63,048 bases of DNA, filler included, from Octopus bimaculoides (GCF_001194135.2; 5 parts of 5 records of this genome joined end to end with filler, not necessarily neighbours in it); one strand, 5' to 3'. Shown: positions 24,001 through 37,569, counted from the first letter of the whole stretch. The notes: generated by a model not told the origin, from the letters alone. Made by a program: numbers and translations.

Positions 24001-25007
24001 ATAATTGACTGATCCTTCCGTATTTTTCTTTCACTCAAAACCAGTAACTTTACAGCACTCCCTCGTACACACACATACATACATACATACATACACGCAC
24101 GCATATACACGCATATACACACATCTATAATATATATCTGTGTGTGTGAATGTCTTTGTATCCTCCACTAATGCTTGACAACCAGAGTTGGTTTGTTCAC
24201 GTCCCCCTAATCTAGTTGTTCGTCTTAAAAAAAAAACTATAGGATGTATAGCAGGTTAAAAAACAAACAAATAAGTACCGGGGTCGATTCCTTCGGGTAA
24301 AACTCTTCAAAGAGGTAGTCCAATGACTGAAATTAGTGAAGAGGTAAAAAATATATATGTATACATATAGTGCCATTCTTGTTGCCCTTGCTACTTTTTA
24401 TAACTACGTATATTGGTGTGTATTTATGTGTGTAAATATAATTGTACGCAGATAATATGCGATCATGTAAGAATTTAATTTTCATGTAATTTATGTATGT
24501 TTTCATATCTTTTTTTGTTATACGTGTCTGGTAGTATCAGCAAAATTATTTGTTTTTGACTTCTTCTTTTTTTTACGTTCTACACAAGGTTACAGAAACA
24601 GCTTTGCCTGTATATACAAAATATTTATAATAATGATAATAATGAAATTGATACGTGATATCTGGTTAAGTGAATCTAGTAAAACAGAAGAAACAGGTAG
24701 GTGGAAGATATGAAGAGAGAAAAAATAAAATGCAGAAAAAGAAGAAGTGCGACAAGCAGGGTATTTCAGTCACACAAGTAGAACAGATAGATGTGAAGTG
24801 TAACCATAAATAAATAAATAATTTTATAATAATGCATGAGTTTTGCGAATGCGTGACAAAAAAAAAAATGCTTAATTTAACTTAGCTTGAAAGATACAAA
24901 ATTATTTTCTATGCAGATATAAACAAACATTTTTTTTTTATGTGCTGAGATGCGTATTATAAGATGCAAATAAGATGTTTTATGTTTATTGTTTAATTCT
25001 TTGCTAC

Positions 25008-25204
25008 TCTTGGCACAAGGTCTGAAAATTTGGGGAGGGGGGCCAGTCGATTAGATCGACCCCCAGTACCAAACTAGTACTTCATTTATCGACCCCGAAA
25101 GGATGAAAGGAAAGGTCGACCTCGTCGGAATTTGAACGCAGAACGTAAAGACAGACGAAATACCGCTAAACATTTCGCCTGGCGTGCTAAGGTTTCGGCC
25201 AGCT
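25008..25204 (-). mobile_element. tRNA-derived SINE family 3
   Basis: atttatcgaccccgaaaggatgaaagg..gtcgacctcgtcggaatttgaac..gacgaaataccgctaa; same family at 37654, 47850 and 59980. Confidence 0.85.
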
Positions 25205-26393
25205 TATACCAAAACAAGCAGCCATTGCAATTTGTTGACAAACTTTTTCCGCTTTGTAAGGGTAATTTATCCAATGTTCCTTCTGTTCTAAGGGCGTCTC
25301 TGCGTTCGAAAATAAATTATCATTTACTAATTGTTATATACTAGGCGACCCAGAATGAACTGTCTATTTCAATGAAATCGGCCAAATTAAAAAAAGGAAC
25401 TGACAGAATTTTATGTTTATTACTGAAGCATAATATCAAAAACAAAAGATTTATAAATCTTGTATCGAAGCTTTATTGAAAATTTTAAAATTGTGCTCCG
25501 TCTAGATCCCTGCGAATTTCAAATCTACCCTTAGCATTGTTAAAACGCATCACACACACACATATATATATATGTATATACATCCGTATATATGTGTATG
25601 TATGTACGTATATCATCGCTGATATGGGAGGTAAGATGTGTTAACAGTTTACGCGAAGTTAAAACGGTAGCATTTATCGTGAGGCTAGTTGGCAATATTC
25701 AGCTCAAAAGTAATATTTAATTCGATCGGTTTTGAAACAATTCTCCATATAATAAACAATTGTCATTGATAAAGATCCGAGGGTGCGATATGAATCGATA
25801 TTGTACATATTTACTCAGAATTTAAAGAGAGAATAGTAATGATTGAAGTAAAAATAATCTGTTTTTTTTTCCCCAAATAAATTCACGCCGATAACACCAT
25901 CCAAAGTTACATACACGAACGTCACAATTATTATTTTTCCATACCATCAAATGTAGTTTGTTTTAGAGTTGTTAATAGTTGTCGACACGTTAAATACTCT
26001 GCTATGGATTTAACGAGATAAAATTGAAAGATAGGTTGGACTCAGGGGACTACTCTCTTGTCGCTTTATTGCATGCAAGTAGTTTTAAAAAAGAATTGTT
26101 GACNNNNNNNNNNNNNNNNNNNNNNNNNNNNNNNNNNNNNNNNNNNNNNNNNNNNNNNNNNNNNNNNNNNNNNNNNNNNNNNNNNNNNNNNNNNNNNNNN
26201 NNNNNNNNNNNNNNNNNNNNNNNNNNNNNNNNNNNNNNNNNNNNNNNNNNNNNNNNNNNNNNNNNNNNNNNNNNAATATACATATACACAAACATATATA
26301 GAGAGAGAGAGAAAGAGAGAAAGAGAGAGAGAGAGAAAGAGAGAAAGCGAGAGAGAGAGAAAGAGAGAGTACATAATAATACGAATGATAATG

Positions 26394-26451
<58 letters not shown>

Positions 26452-26780
26452 TGATGATGATGATAATATTTTAAAAGGATTGACGTAACTCTTCACAAAG
26501 GTAAACAGTCAAGACGAAGAGCGCGATGCGACAGCAATAGCTATTTTATTGGTTGGGCGGTATTTCAATAGCAAACCTGTCTGTCGAGTCCAAAATAGAA
26601 AATGATAAAAATTAAAAATTATAGAAATTCAAATCTAAAGTATGAACAGAAGCAACAATCAACCACACGTTGATGGATTGACATCGTCAGTCAATTTTAT
26701 AACAGGCGAACAATTTCAATTTTATAATACGCAAAACGAAAAACACAGAAAAGTGACAGAAAAAAAGAAAAAAAAAATAC

Positions 26781-27785
26781 TTAATCAAACAGTTTTGTAT
26801 AAATTCGATGATATTCTCCAGTCATTTTATTTATTCCTCTCGGGCGTGATGTTAAGAACCCGCAAACATATTTCACCTCATGCATTTTGAGAAGTAAAAG
26901 TGAAGCAGATTCAAAATGTTTTCTGAGAATATGCACATTCAAGTATTTTTCGAAACTGTAGCCGTTGGAAGCAAAATGTTCAGCAAATTCTGTCGAACTA
27001 CTGTTATTGTGCCTGACGTGATATCTGTGCCCAATAAATCTTTTGTTTAATCGTTCTGTTGTACAACCAACATAAATTAAGTTGTGTTTCGTGCATTTTG
27101 CTACGCACACCAAATGGGAATCTCTACATGTCCCACCTTCTCTATAAATCATAACATTTCTGTTATGATTCCTGATGGAATTCCCTTGACTCATGTTGTT
27201 GCGCAATGAACAGGGCTTGCCTCTCTTGCGGCTGTTCTTTAAGGTACAGCATACAGATACTCCAATGTTAGTTTTCTTAGAGTCAGAAATAGAGGTCAAT
27301 AATTCTCTTATATTCTTATTCAGTCTAAAGGCTACAATAGGTGACTGAGGAAATATCTGTTTGAAACGAGGATATTTTTCTCCTACACGCTGGTAACTTT
27401 CATGCAACACTTTTGAAATACCAGCAAAATTTCGGTGCTAGTTAATCACTAAAGGAATTCTATCACATATTGTATTATGTTTGCTAAAATTATACGTGAG
27501 GGTTTGACTAGTTTTGCTAATCTTAGCTATTTCATTTGCTATTTCCTTTGATCATGGTTCACTATAACCGCGTTTGAAATAATGATGTACAAAAACATTT
27601 GCATGTTTCCAGTAATCCTCTATCAGTACAAATCCGTTTTATCCTCAAAAATTAGGATTTCGGATTTGACCGAATTATATGAAGATGATCGGAGCGGCGG
27701 TGGAGATTTTGCCTCGAAAACAATAAATTTGTTCTTTTCCCGAAAGTAAAGGTTTCTCAAATGCCTACAAAAACCACAGAAGTCA
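26781..27785 (-). mobile_element. Penelope-like retroelement, 5'-truncated: RT end, thumb and GIY-YIG endonuclease
   Basis: NLHRRSDHLHIIRSNPKS*FLRIKRICTD; FKRGY; 209-aa ORF with IFPQSPIVAFR, C..HNLIYVGCTTERLNKRFIGHR and LTSRPRGIN. Confidence 0.88.
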
Positions 27786-28130
27786 CTCACTTTCTGTCAC
27801 CTACCCAGAAATGGACTACTGCTAGAAATGCGACTAAAAATTATAACTTCGCACATAAACATTCAGAACAAATTTTATCACCCAATAGGCTCCATGTTTT
27901 AAGTGAAGATTTCGAGCAAAGCCCAAAACGTAGTCAGGAATCTAATGAGAGTAAGACTCTGAAAACAACTTGTCCAAGAAAATCCAACACACTAGAGAAT
28001 AAGTCGGTCATAAATTTATCTAAACTAGAACTTTCACTCGACGATGTCTCGAGCTTGGACGGAGTTTCTGCCCAAGCACTATGAATTTCGAAAAGAATAA
28101 ACTGGCGCAGAGACTCTTGATATGAGAGCA

Positions 28131-28280
28131 CCATGTTGCGCACATACGGTTATGATGCGTGTGCCTGAAGTACCCTTATTAGACGGGTAATCATGATGCG
28201 TATACTGGGCTTCGTATATTTTACCCCAGTGTCACTTTGATGGCATGCACTGCTCTCTCACTCAAAAATAATAATAATAA
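28131..28280 (+). mobile_element. Retroposon 3' end with (TAA)n tail inserted in the Penelope copy
   Basis: ..gatggcatgcactgctctctcactc-aaaaataataataataa; family recognised only from memory. Confidence 0.5.
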
Positions 28281-28582
28281 TACAGTAAGATCAGTGAAAT
28301 GATAGTGGTAAAACGACGATTGCAGGAAAAATGCAAATGTTTTTGTACGCTATTATGTCAAACGCGATTACAGTGAATCATGATTAAAGGAAATCTCAAA
28401 AGTCATAACTAAAGTTAACAAGGAAAGTCAAACTCCCACGCATAATTTTAGTAACCAAAGTGATTAACTGGCACCAAAATTTCGCTGGCGTAACAAAAGT
28501 GTTGATTGAAAGTTACCAGAATATTTCGGAAAAAAACCTCGTTTTAAACAAATATTCCCTCAGCAACCTATTGTAGCCTTTA

Positions 28583-28849
28583 ATAATAAATAAATAATAA
28601 ATGCACCCTTTTAAAGTCTAGCCAGACTCATGGGCCCGGTTTCCCGGTTTCAATGGCGTATGTGTTCCCCAGCTGGACGGGACACCAGGCCATCGCAGCC
28701 TTACTCATTTTTGCCAGCTGAGTGAACTGGAGCAACGTGAAATGAAGTGTTTTGCTCAAGAACACAACGCGTCGCCCGGTCCAGGAATCGAAACCATAAT
28801 CTTACGATCATGATGCTGACACCCTAACCACTAAGCCACGCGCTTCCAC
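28583..28849 (-). mobile_element. Full-length SINE family 2 with target-site duplication
   Basis: A and B boxes on the minus strand; TSD attgtagccttta (28570-28582) and attgtaaccttta (28850-28862). Confidence 0.9.
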
Positions 28850-29589
28850 ATTGTAACCTTTAGACACAATAAAAATATGAGAAATATTAACCACTATCTC
28901 TAACCTCAAGAAAAGTACCATTGGAGTTTCTGAGAGCTGCACCTCGAAAAACAGCCGCAAGGGAGGTAAGCCTTATTCGAGTTAATTCCATCAGGAATCA
29001 TAACAAAAATGTTATGGTTCATACAGAAGGTGGGGCGTGTAAAAGTTTCCATTTGGCATACGCAGCAGAATGCAGCAAATACAACTTGATTTATGTTGGT
29101 TGTACAACAGAACAATTATACTAAAAATTCAAAGAGCATAGGTATGACGTCAACCATATTAGCAATAGTTCGACAGAACTTGCCGAACATTGGACATCGA
29201 ATGGCTGTAATTTGGCAGAACACCTGGAATGGTACATTCTCAGAGAATATTCTGACTCTACAACACTTTCACTTCTCAGAATGCACGAGGAGAAATATGT
29301 TTGTGAATTACTTACATCACGTACTGGAAGAATGAATAAAGTGACAGGTGAATTTCATTACATTTACGCAAAACTTTTCGACTAAATATTGTCTTCCCTG
29401 TTTTTTTCTTTTTCTTGCTCCTTTTCTTTTTGTCTTTCTTCCTTTTCCTTGTTACCAGTCATGAAAGTGAAAAGTGATGATATCATTTTATGTGAAAAGG
29501 AACGCAGGGTTTCCTGGTTCATAATTTAAATTTCTGTGTTTCGGCGGAATTTGAACGCAGAACGCAGCAACGGACGAAATACGGATGAA

Positions 29590-30100
29590 GCGGTCCTGCC
29601 TGGGCCTGGGCGTGGTCACTCGGAGGGGCGCCCTCTGCCGGCACGGTCTGCAGTACTGTTGGTGTTGCTGTATCACTGTTGCCGGCAATAGATGGTGCTG
29701 AACTAGACATTGTAAGCTTTCGCAACAACCAAGTTACGCTGCACTGCTTGCAATCGGTCGATAGCTTGTTCTCTCTGCGCTGCTGACAATCGAGTCATCC
29801 TTGATGCGTCCAAGTAACGAATATCCGGAAAGCGGTTCAAGTTAATTTTTATACCCATAACCTCCACGAGATACACGTGTATTTCGGTTTTTATGACAAC
29901 TGTTTGCGACTACCACCCACGGCATTCAACGCAACTGCGTTTTGGCGTCTCGTTTCAGAGAAAGTTGAATTTGGGTCTCAGCCATGAACCAGCATAGCAT
30001 GTCTTGGAATATTTACAATTACATTCCCGAAATAAATTTTCAGAATTTACCATATAAAAGTGACATTTGAAAAAATCGCGTTTCTTTTGCGGTTCAGAGT
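29590..30100 (-). mobile_element. Tc1-like DNA transposon, 5' part
   Basis: Broken N-terminal reading ending LRVTTPRPRQDRFIR (cf. GRPRVTT..QDR.IR); TIR-like cactctgaaccgcaaaagaaacgc near 30100; cut by a SINE fragment at 29499-29583. Confidence 0.6.
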
Positions 30101-30397
30101 GTGTGTGTACACGCGCGCACGCGCGCACACACACATATGTATATATGTTCTGTGTGTGTTTATAAGTAGATACATGTATGTCTATGTAAGTGTGCGTAAT
30201 TATTTGTATAAACGAGGGTTTGTTTCTGTATGCAGATGCGCAAGTGTGCGTGCGAATCGACATGTAGTAATGTTTGATAGATTGAATTTTGGTGCAATAT
30301 GTAAAAGTCTGCGTGGAAATCACTGAAAAATCCAATAATTTGGAACAATATTCTTTTGTGATTCTTGTTCAGCCCCAGTTGCTCAGTTAAGCCTCTG

Positions 30398-30439
<42 letters not shown>

Positions 30440-31064
30440 ATAAAGTAATCGAATGATTGACCAATTGGAAAACAGTAAATAATGAAACTATTGTTCACAA
30501 AATAAATGTCATTTAATACAAGCATATACAATGCATGAGTTTGCTTAAATGATTGCAACCAATCAATTTTCATGTTTTGTATTAATATATATTCATATTT
30601 GTGTCTCTGTTTTGTATTACGATTCTAATACTGTAACCAACATCTCTCTTTTCTGGTGTCGCTCCTAATCTCTTTCTCTAAGATATACATACATACATAC
30701 ATACATACATACATACAGACAGAGAGACAGCCAGACAGACAGACATAGATAATATGCACATACATACATATAAAGTTGATTAAAAATTGAGAAAAAAGAC
30801 AATAAGAAAGAAACGATAACGCGAGTACGTAACCCATACAAAGTATTAATAAGACGCTTAAGGAACGAAAGAGTGGTTGTTTTACGTGTCGAGCATAGCT
30901 CCCCTTCGGAAACAGGAGACATAGAAAAGTCTAAAAGAAAAGGAAGAAGAAGCAAAAATATCGCCAACACTCTACGCGTGATTACATTTTAGAAATGACC
31001 GGAAGTAGATGGACAAAAAGAAAAAGTGCTTTCAGGGACAGGGGAGTGTGAAGAATGATTAGTA

Positions 31065-31098
<34 letters not shown>

Positions 31099-31164
31099 TG
31101 TGTGTGGGTGTGTGTGTAAAGCTCAAGTAGATCAGTTACATGCATATATGATATGACAGCTATG

Positions 31165-31430
31165 ACGAATTATGAATATTACTCTGACGAGACTAGAAAT
31201 GAAGAGATCGAACGGCGTGCTGGTCTGCCTACTATGATGGGAATCCTCATAGATAGAAATTTACGTTGGTTGGGCCAACTACATAGAATGGGCAACAACA
31301 GATTCCATAGACGACTCCTTTGCTTCCATGTATGCAAGCGGGAAAGAAACCATGAAAGACGTAGACTGAGATTCAAAGATACTGCAAAAAAGAACACGAA
31401 GCGGATAAAATTTGATCATAATAACTTGTA
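31165..31430 (+). mobile_element. RTE-clade LINE fragment (thumb)
   Basis: NEEIERRAGLPTM..RNLRWLGQLHRM..RRRLRFKDTAKKN. Confidence 0.8.
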
Positions 31431-32013
31431 AATCCAAGTGAAAATCCGACCAATATGAAGAAAGCTTATCAGGTTATGCCAAAGCCATGACCAGTCATAA
31501 TCGCGACGACTGACTGCAGATGAAAAAGAAATATATATATGATGATGATGATGATGATGATGATCATGATGGTGATTGGGATGATGATGATGATGATGAT
31601 GATGATTGTCTAGTGTTGTCAGATGATAGTGAAGCGTCTGCATGTCATTGGAGTTATTAGACAAAAGCCGGTAACACATTTGTCACCCTCTCGGTCGCCA
31701 TATTAGTTTCCAGTGACGAACATTGCAAGATGACAGACTATATTTTAGCTGCAAGTCTTATGTCAGTCTCTCTCTCTCTCTCTCTCCTAGGAGTACTGCT
31801 ATCCTCATCCTTTTGTTAAAAATAAGTGGAGCATCCTCTTCCGTAGGGAAATATAATTAACTCATATTGGGACCCAGACAGTTACTGCCGTTCCGGGTGA
31901 GAACAGATTTGGTAGTAATGGTAGTTAATGGGTGACACCATTCTCCACACAACTCCAGAAACCCCGAATTGGAAACACGCCATCAGATGCAGTTTAATGC
32001 CTTACCCAGGACA

Positions 32014-32047
<34 letters not shown>

Positions 32048-32244
32048 CATACAGAGACCGCCAAAAATGTATGCACACCTCGTTTCCTGAAGTGTTCATA
32101 CCGTTTTGTTGACGGACTCTGTACACATGCATACATACATACATACATACAGTGGATGCTAACATAAAGCTGAAGATCAGTGAGAAAGAGAACACCTATT
32201 GAGAAATCTGCAGTTACTCTATTCAGATTACAAGTTCAGGTTTT

Positions 32245-32275
<31 letters not shown>

Positions 32276-32689
32276 GATTGCCCGCCTGTCTGTCTAGATA
32301 GTTCAGTAGCTATCTTCTGCTAAGCAGTTCAAATGCAAGTAGCTATTTGGCTTCTTATAAATTGTAGCCGAACCTCTGTCTCCATTATTTTAATTAGGGC
32401 CTGCTACATCGGATTTGATTCTAGAATCGCATTATCATGAAAGGGAGGGAGAGAGTGACGGGTTGGGAGAAACAGACAGTATTCTCAGAGCTGAAACATG
32501 TTCGATCATTGGTTTCATCGATCAGTGTTGAACTAGGAGATAATCAACAGCAACAATAGCAAGAAACGGAAAAAAGGAAGAAAAGGAAAAGAGAACAACA
32601 ACAACAACAACAACAAATAAAAATTCGGACAAAATGGAGGGAGAATCGCCCTGAATCTTCAAGTCATCTGTAGCATAATGAACTCATCT

Positions 32690-32696
32690 ATGACGA

Positions 32697-32735
<39 letters not shown>

Positions 32736-32817
32736 TTACAACGACGACGAATATGACGATGACGATAAAGCCGTCGTCGCCATTTGAGAGGATGATGATG
32801 ATGATGATGATGATGAC

Positions 32818-32868
<51 letters not shown>

Positions 32869-33049
32869 GCATCTGCTNNNNNNNNNNNNNNNNNNNNNNN
32901 NNNNNNNNNNNNNNNNNNNNNNNNNNNNNNNNNNNNNNNNNNNNNNNNNNNNNNNNNNNNNNNNNNNNNNNNNNNNNNNNNNNNNNNNNNNNNNNNNNNN
33001 NNNNNNNNNNNNNNNNNNNNNNNNNNNNNNNNNNNNNNNGATGATGATG

Positions 33050-33085
<36 letters not shown>

Positions 33086-33169
33086 TTGATGATAATGATG
33101 ATGATGATGATGATGATTATGATGATGATGATGAAGCATCTGCTACTGCTGCCGATGATGATGATGATG

Positions 33170-33213
<44 letters not shown>

Positions 33214-33267
33214 AATGATGATGATGATGATTATGATCATGATGATGAAGCATCTGCTACTGCTGCC

Positions 33268-33302
<35 letters not shown>

Positions 33303-33380
33303 CGACGACGACGATGACAATGACGCTGATGACGCTGATGATGATGACGCTGCTGCTGCTGCTGATGATGATGATGATGA
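32690..33380. repeat. (GAT)n/(GAC)n microsatellite with recurring gaagcatctgctactgctgcc unit
   Basis: Unit at ~32866 (cut by the gap), ~33134 and ~33247. Confidence 0.85.
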
Positions 33381-33683
33381 CGCCATCACGACAATGAGGT
33401 TGATGAATAACGATAAGTGTAAAGATGACCATGAGATGGCGGATAAACCTGCTTCTGAGTTTAGGGTTAGAAGAAACTTATTCACGTTTTCAAAATATTA
33501 TTCTTGACTTTTGGGGCACAAAATCTCCACCTGTACGCATAATCATTCATATCTCTTCCCGTATTTAGCACATAATGAACCAATAGGCCTTCGACCATCC
33601 TGAGGCCTCCCATCGAAGGATTTTAATCGAATAAATTGTACCCTGTACTTCATTTTCTTTTTATGTCTGGTATTAATTCTATC

Positions 33684-33919
33684 GGTGGAGGCGCAATGGC
33701 CCAGTGGTTAGGGCAGCGGACACGCGGTCATAGGATCGCGGTTTCGATTCCCAGACCGGCGTTGTGAGTGTTTATTGAGCGAAAACACCTAAAGCTCCAC
33801 GAGGGTCCCAGTTGATCCGATCAACGGAACAGCCTGCTCGTGAATTTAACGTGCAAGTGGCTGAGCACTCCACAGACACGTGTTCCCTTAACGTAGTTCT
33901 CGGGGATATTCAGCGTGAC
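33684..33919 (+). mobile_element. tRNA-derived SINE family 4
   Basis: A box tggcccagtgg, B box ggtttcgattcc; ends at a gap. Confidence 0.8.
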
Positions 33920-34890
33920 NNNNNNNNNNNNNNNNNNNNNNNNNNNNNNNNNNNNNNNNNNNNNNNNNNNNNNNNNNNNNNNNNNNNNNNNNNNNNNNNN
34001 NNNNNNNNNNNNNNNNNNNNNNNNNNNNNNNNNNNNNNNNNNNNNNNNNNNNNNNNNNNNNNNNNNNNNNNNNNNNNNNNNNNNNNNNNNNNNNNNNNNN
34101 NNNNNNNNNNNNNNNNNNNNNNNNNNNNNNNNNNNNNNNNNNNNNNNNNNNNNNNNNNNNNNNNNNNNNNNNNNNNNNNNNNNNNNNNNNNNNNNNNNNN
34201 NNNNNNNNNNNNNNNNNNNNNNNNNNNNNNNNNNNNNNNNNNNNNNNNNNNNNNNNNNNNNNNNNNNNNNNNNNNNNNNNNNNNNNNNNNNNNNNNNNNN
34301 NNNNNNNNNNNNNNNNNNNNNNNNNNNNNNNNNNNNNNNNNNNNNNNNNNNNNNNNNNNNNNNNNNNNNNNNNNNNNNNNNNNNNNNNNNNNNNNNNNNN
34401 NNNNNNNNNNNNNNNNNNNNNNNNNNNNNNNNNNNNNNNNNNNNNNNNNNNNNNNNNNNNNNNNNNNNNNNNNNNNNNNNNNNNNNNNNNNNNNNNNNNN
34501 NNNNNNNNNNNNNNNNNNNNNNNNNNNNNNNNNNNNNNNNNNNNNNNNNNNNNNNNNNNNNNNNNNNNNNNNNNNNNNNNNNNNNNNNNNNNNNNNNNNN
34601 NNNNNNNNNNNNNNNNNNNNNNNNNNNNNNNNNNNNNNNNNNNNNNNNNNNNNNNNNNNNNNNNNNNNNNNNNNNNNNNNNNNNNNNNNNNNNNNNNNNN
34701 NNNNNNNNNNNNNNNNNNNNNNNNNNNNNNNNNNNNNNNNNNNNNNNNNNNNNNNNNNNNNNNNNNNNNNNNNNNNNNNNNNNNNNNNNNNNNNNNNNNN
34801 NNNNNNNNNNNNNNNNNNNNNNNNNNNNNNNNNNNNNNNNNNNNNNNNNNNNNNNNNNNNNNNNNNNNNNNTTATAATAGAATATATACG

Positions 34891-34928
<38 letters not shown>

Positions 34929-34937
34929 ACTATCTAT

Positions 34938-34999
<62 letters not shown>

Positions 35000-35778
35000 G
35001 TGTGTGTATGTATACATATACATATGCATCTATGCATGTACGTATGTCGGTAGGTACGTAGGTAGGTACGTAGGTAGGTACGTAGGTAGGTACAAGATAT
35101 GTCATAAGTCCTGTCAAACTGACTAATAACAGAAGTTAGTTGTGCCTCATATTATACGTACTGTTTCTTCCTCTCTCCGTTGTTTCTCCTCCAGGCACTT
35201 TATTTTAGCATTCATCCACCTCCCCACTGCCTATGCATTCATTCACACCTCTTCGGCTGCAGACTTCTACTTGTTTGCTACAGTTCAGGAATTTGAGGAT
35301 AGTTGTCTAATGCCGTGCTATTCAGAATGCCAACCACCAAGATGACTCTTGACAATGTAACTATGTACGCGCCGACAATTGGACACGATAACTGTCATAT
35401 TTGTCATTTTAGGATGAGCAATATTCTCACATCTTACAAATATCTGTCAAAATGCATTCATAACAAAACAGCATAGACGATATTTAAAATATTCATAAAC
35501 ATATTGTTATGGGACAAACAATAAAAGTTCTATAATTTACTGTATTTCTGAATCAAGTTNNNNNNNNNNNNNNNNNNNNNNNNNNNNNNNNNNNNNNNNN
35601 NNNTTAATTAATTAANNNNNNNNNNNNNNNNNNNNNNNNNNNNNNNNNNNNNNNNNNNNATATATATATATATATATATAATGCTAATGAAAAGTATCAA
35701 CAAACGAATGAGACCTCGACATTAGATAGAGGATTATTTATCCATGTTATAATCAAGAACGAACAGTATGGTGTCATA

Positions 35779-35837
35779 GTACTCAGAGTTTCGAATGCAT
35801 CGTTGCTCTTCGCTCCGACATTCGAAACTCTGAGTAC
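35779..35837. repeat. Perfect 19-bp inverted repeat with 21-nt loop
   Basis: gtactcagagtttcgaatg / cattcgaaactctgagtac. Confidence 0.85.
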
Positions 35838-35906
35838 CATAGCAATTTACTGTATGTTCTAAATTATAACATACACACACATATACATATAATATATGTA
35901 TATATA

Positions 35907-36338
35907 GGCGCAGAAGTGACTGTGTGGTAAGTAGCTTGCTTACCAACCACATGGTTCCGGGTTCAGTCGTACTACGTGGCACCTTGGGCAAGTGTCTTCT
36001 ACTATTGCCTCGGGCCGACCAAAGCCTTGTGAGTGGATTTGGTAGACGGAAACTGAAATAAGCCCGTCGTATATGTATGTATATACATGTGTGTGTATGT
36101 ATATATATATATATATGTATGTGTGTTTGTGTGTCTGTGTTTGTCCCCCCACCATCGCTTGACAACCGATGCTGGTGTGTTTACGTCCCCGTAACTTAGC
36201 GGTTCAGGAAAAAGAGACCGTTAGAATAAGTACTAGGCTTACAAAGAATAAGTCCTGGGGTCGATTTGCTCGACTAAAGGTGGTGCTCCAGCATGGCCGC
36301 AGTCAAATGACTGAAACAAGTAAAAGAGAGAGTAAAAG
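35907..36338 (+). mobile_element. Full-length SINE family 1
   Basis: tRNA-like head, ccttgggcaagtgtctt central motif (CORE-like), internal (TA/TG)n, 3' region ending gtaaaagagagag. Confidence 0.9.
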
Positions 36339-37104
36339 TGTATAATGCATGTATACACACACACTCACACACACACACACACATACACACACACACATAT
36401 ATATATGTGCGTGTGTGTGTGTGTATGTGTGTGTGTATGTATGCATATATATATGAATAAATATATACATACATATATATGTATGTATGTACGTATACAC
36501 CAACAGACACATGCAAACACGAATTGAAAGACAAGAAAAAAGTATCAGATTTTAATGTCAGGAAAGAAAAATGTTATGTGGACATCTGGAAAGTATATGT
36601 ACGTTTTAGCATCTGACATCGAACAATATCAGAATAAATGAACAATGGAGAAATAAGAAAACGTAGATATTAGAAATATTACGTCACATAACAGAACAAA
36701 AGATTAAAATATTGAAGCGACATTAATACGTTAAGTACTCAGCTGGAAGCAATTAACTAACGAGCAACGTTTTAATAAATACTGTTTCTCACACACATAC
36801 AAATACATGCATAGATAGCTACATACATTTATAAATACAATTGTCTAATAATTTCGCATTCACATTAGCTTTGTACGATATTGGTGCACTTAGCTACGTG
36901 GGTGTGTGATAAGGAGCTTGGTTTCTGAGTTGCAACCAACATCACTCTTGTTATTCAAATTCAAACGATGTATATTATTTGTTTCCTTGCGAGGAGTCAG
37001 CACTCTGTGTTCAGCAAATGTTATTAATTGTAAACGGAAATCACATGCAACCTGCACGTTTAGAATCTTTCATATATATATNNNNNNNNNNNNNNNNNNT
37101 ATAT

Positions 37105-37140
<36 letters not shown>

Positions 37141-37569
37141 CTTTCTGCATCTACCTATCTCTCTCTCTCTCCACGTGACCGGTGTTCAGCCAAGCCCGAC
37201 CTTTCTTTCTACGGTTCCACTATGAAGCTATAGATAATGACATTTTCCCAAGATGACTTGCAATAAAACCGCACAGGTCTTATGTTTGTGAAGCGAGCTT
37301 CTTCACCATTCGGCTACCCTGAACCTGTCAACAAACATTCATTTCAGTTTTACTTGTACTTGTTTCAGTCATTAGACTGCGACCATGCTGGCGCACTGCT
37401 TTGAAGTATTCAGTCGCACAAATCAACCCCAGCACTTATGATATTAAAGCCGGGTGCTTATTCTATCAGTATCTTATTGCCGAACTGCTGCGTTACTAGA
37501 ATGTAAACAAAGCAACAACTGCCTCAGTGTTAAAAACACGTGCAACACTACATTAATTATTACTGTCAT

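Larger units (their letters stand above)
27790..29385 (+). mobile_element. Second Penelope-like copy in opposite orientation: N-terminus, RT core missing, thumb and GIY-YIG, interrupted by two insertions
   Basis: ENKSVINLSKLEL..LGRSFCP; 28298-28580 and 28862-29385 align with the minus copy (LIYVGCTTEQL, YAKLFD*). Confidence 0.8.

Noticed and set aside
27661-28115. Apparent RT-less Penelope ORF (DFCGFCRHLRNLYF joined to the thumb) with a twin-priming inversion
   Set aside because: Another frame of the same bases gives NLHRRSDH..PKS*FLRIKRICTD continuously, the normal RT end and thumb. The N-terminal-like reading is coincidental and the copy is simply 5'-truncated.
32659-33485. Long poly-Met/His/Ile/Ser ORFs, and similar HT/YI/CV/ER ORFs throughout
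   Set aside because: Translations of microsatellites and N gaps.
35142-35345. ORF with a strong-looking acceptor (ctcctccag)
   Set aside because: The minus strand resembles a LINE-derived repeat I recall from this lineage; no donor or protein motif supports an exon.
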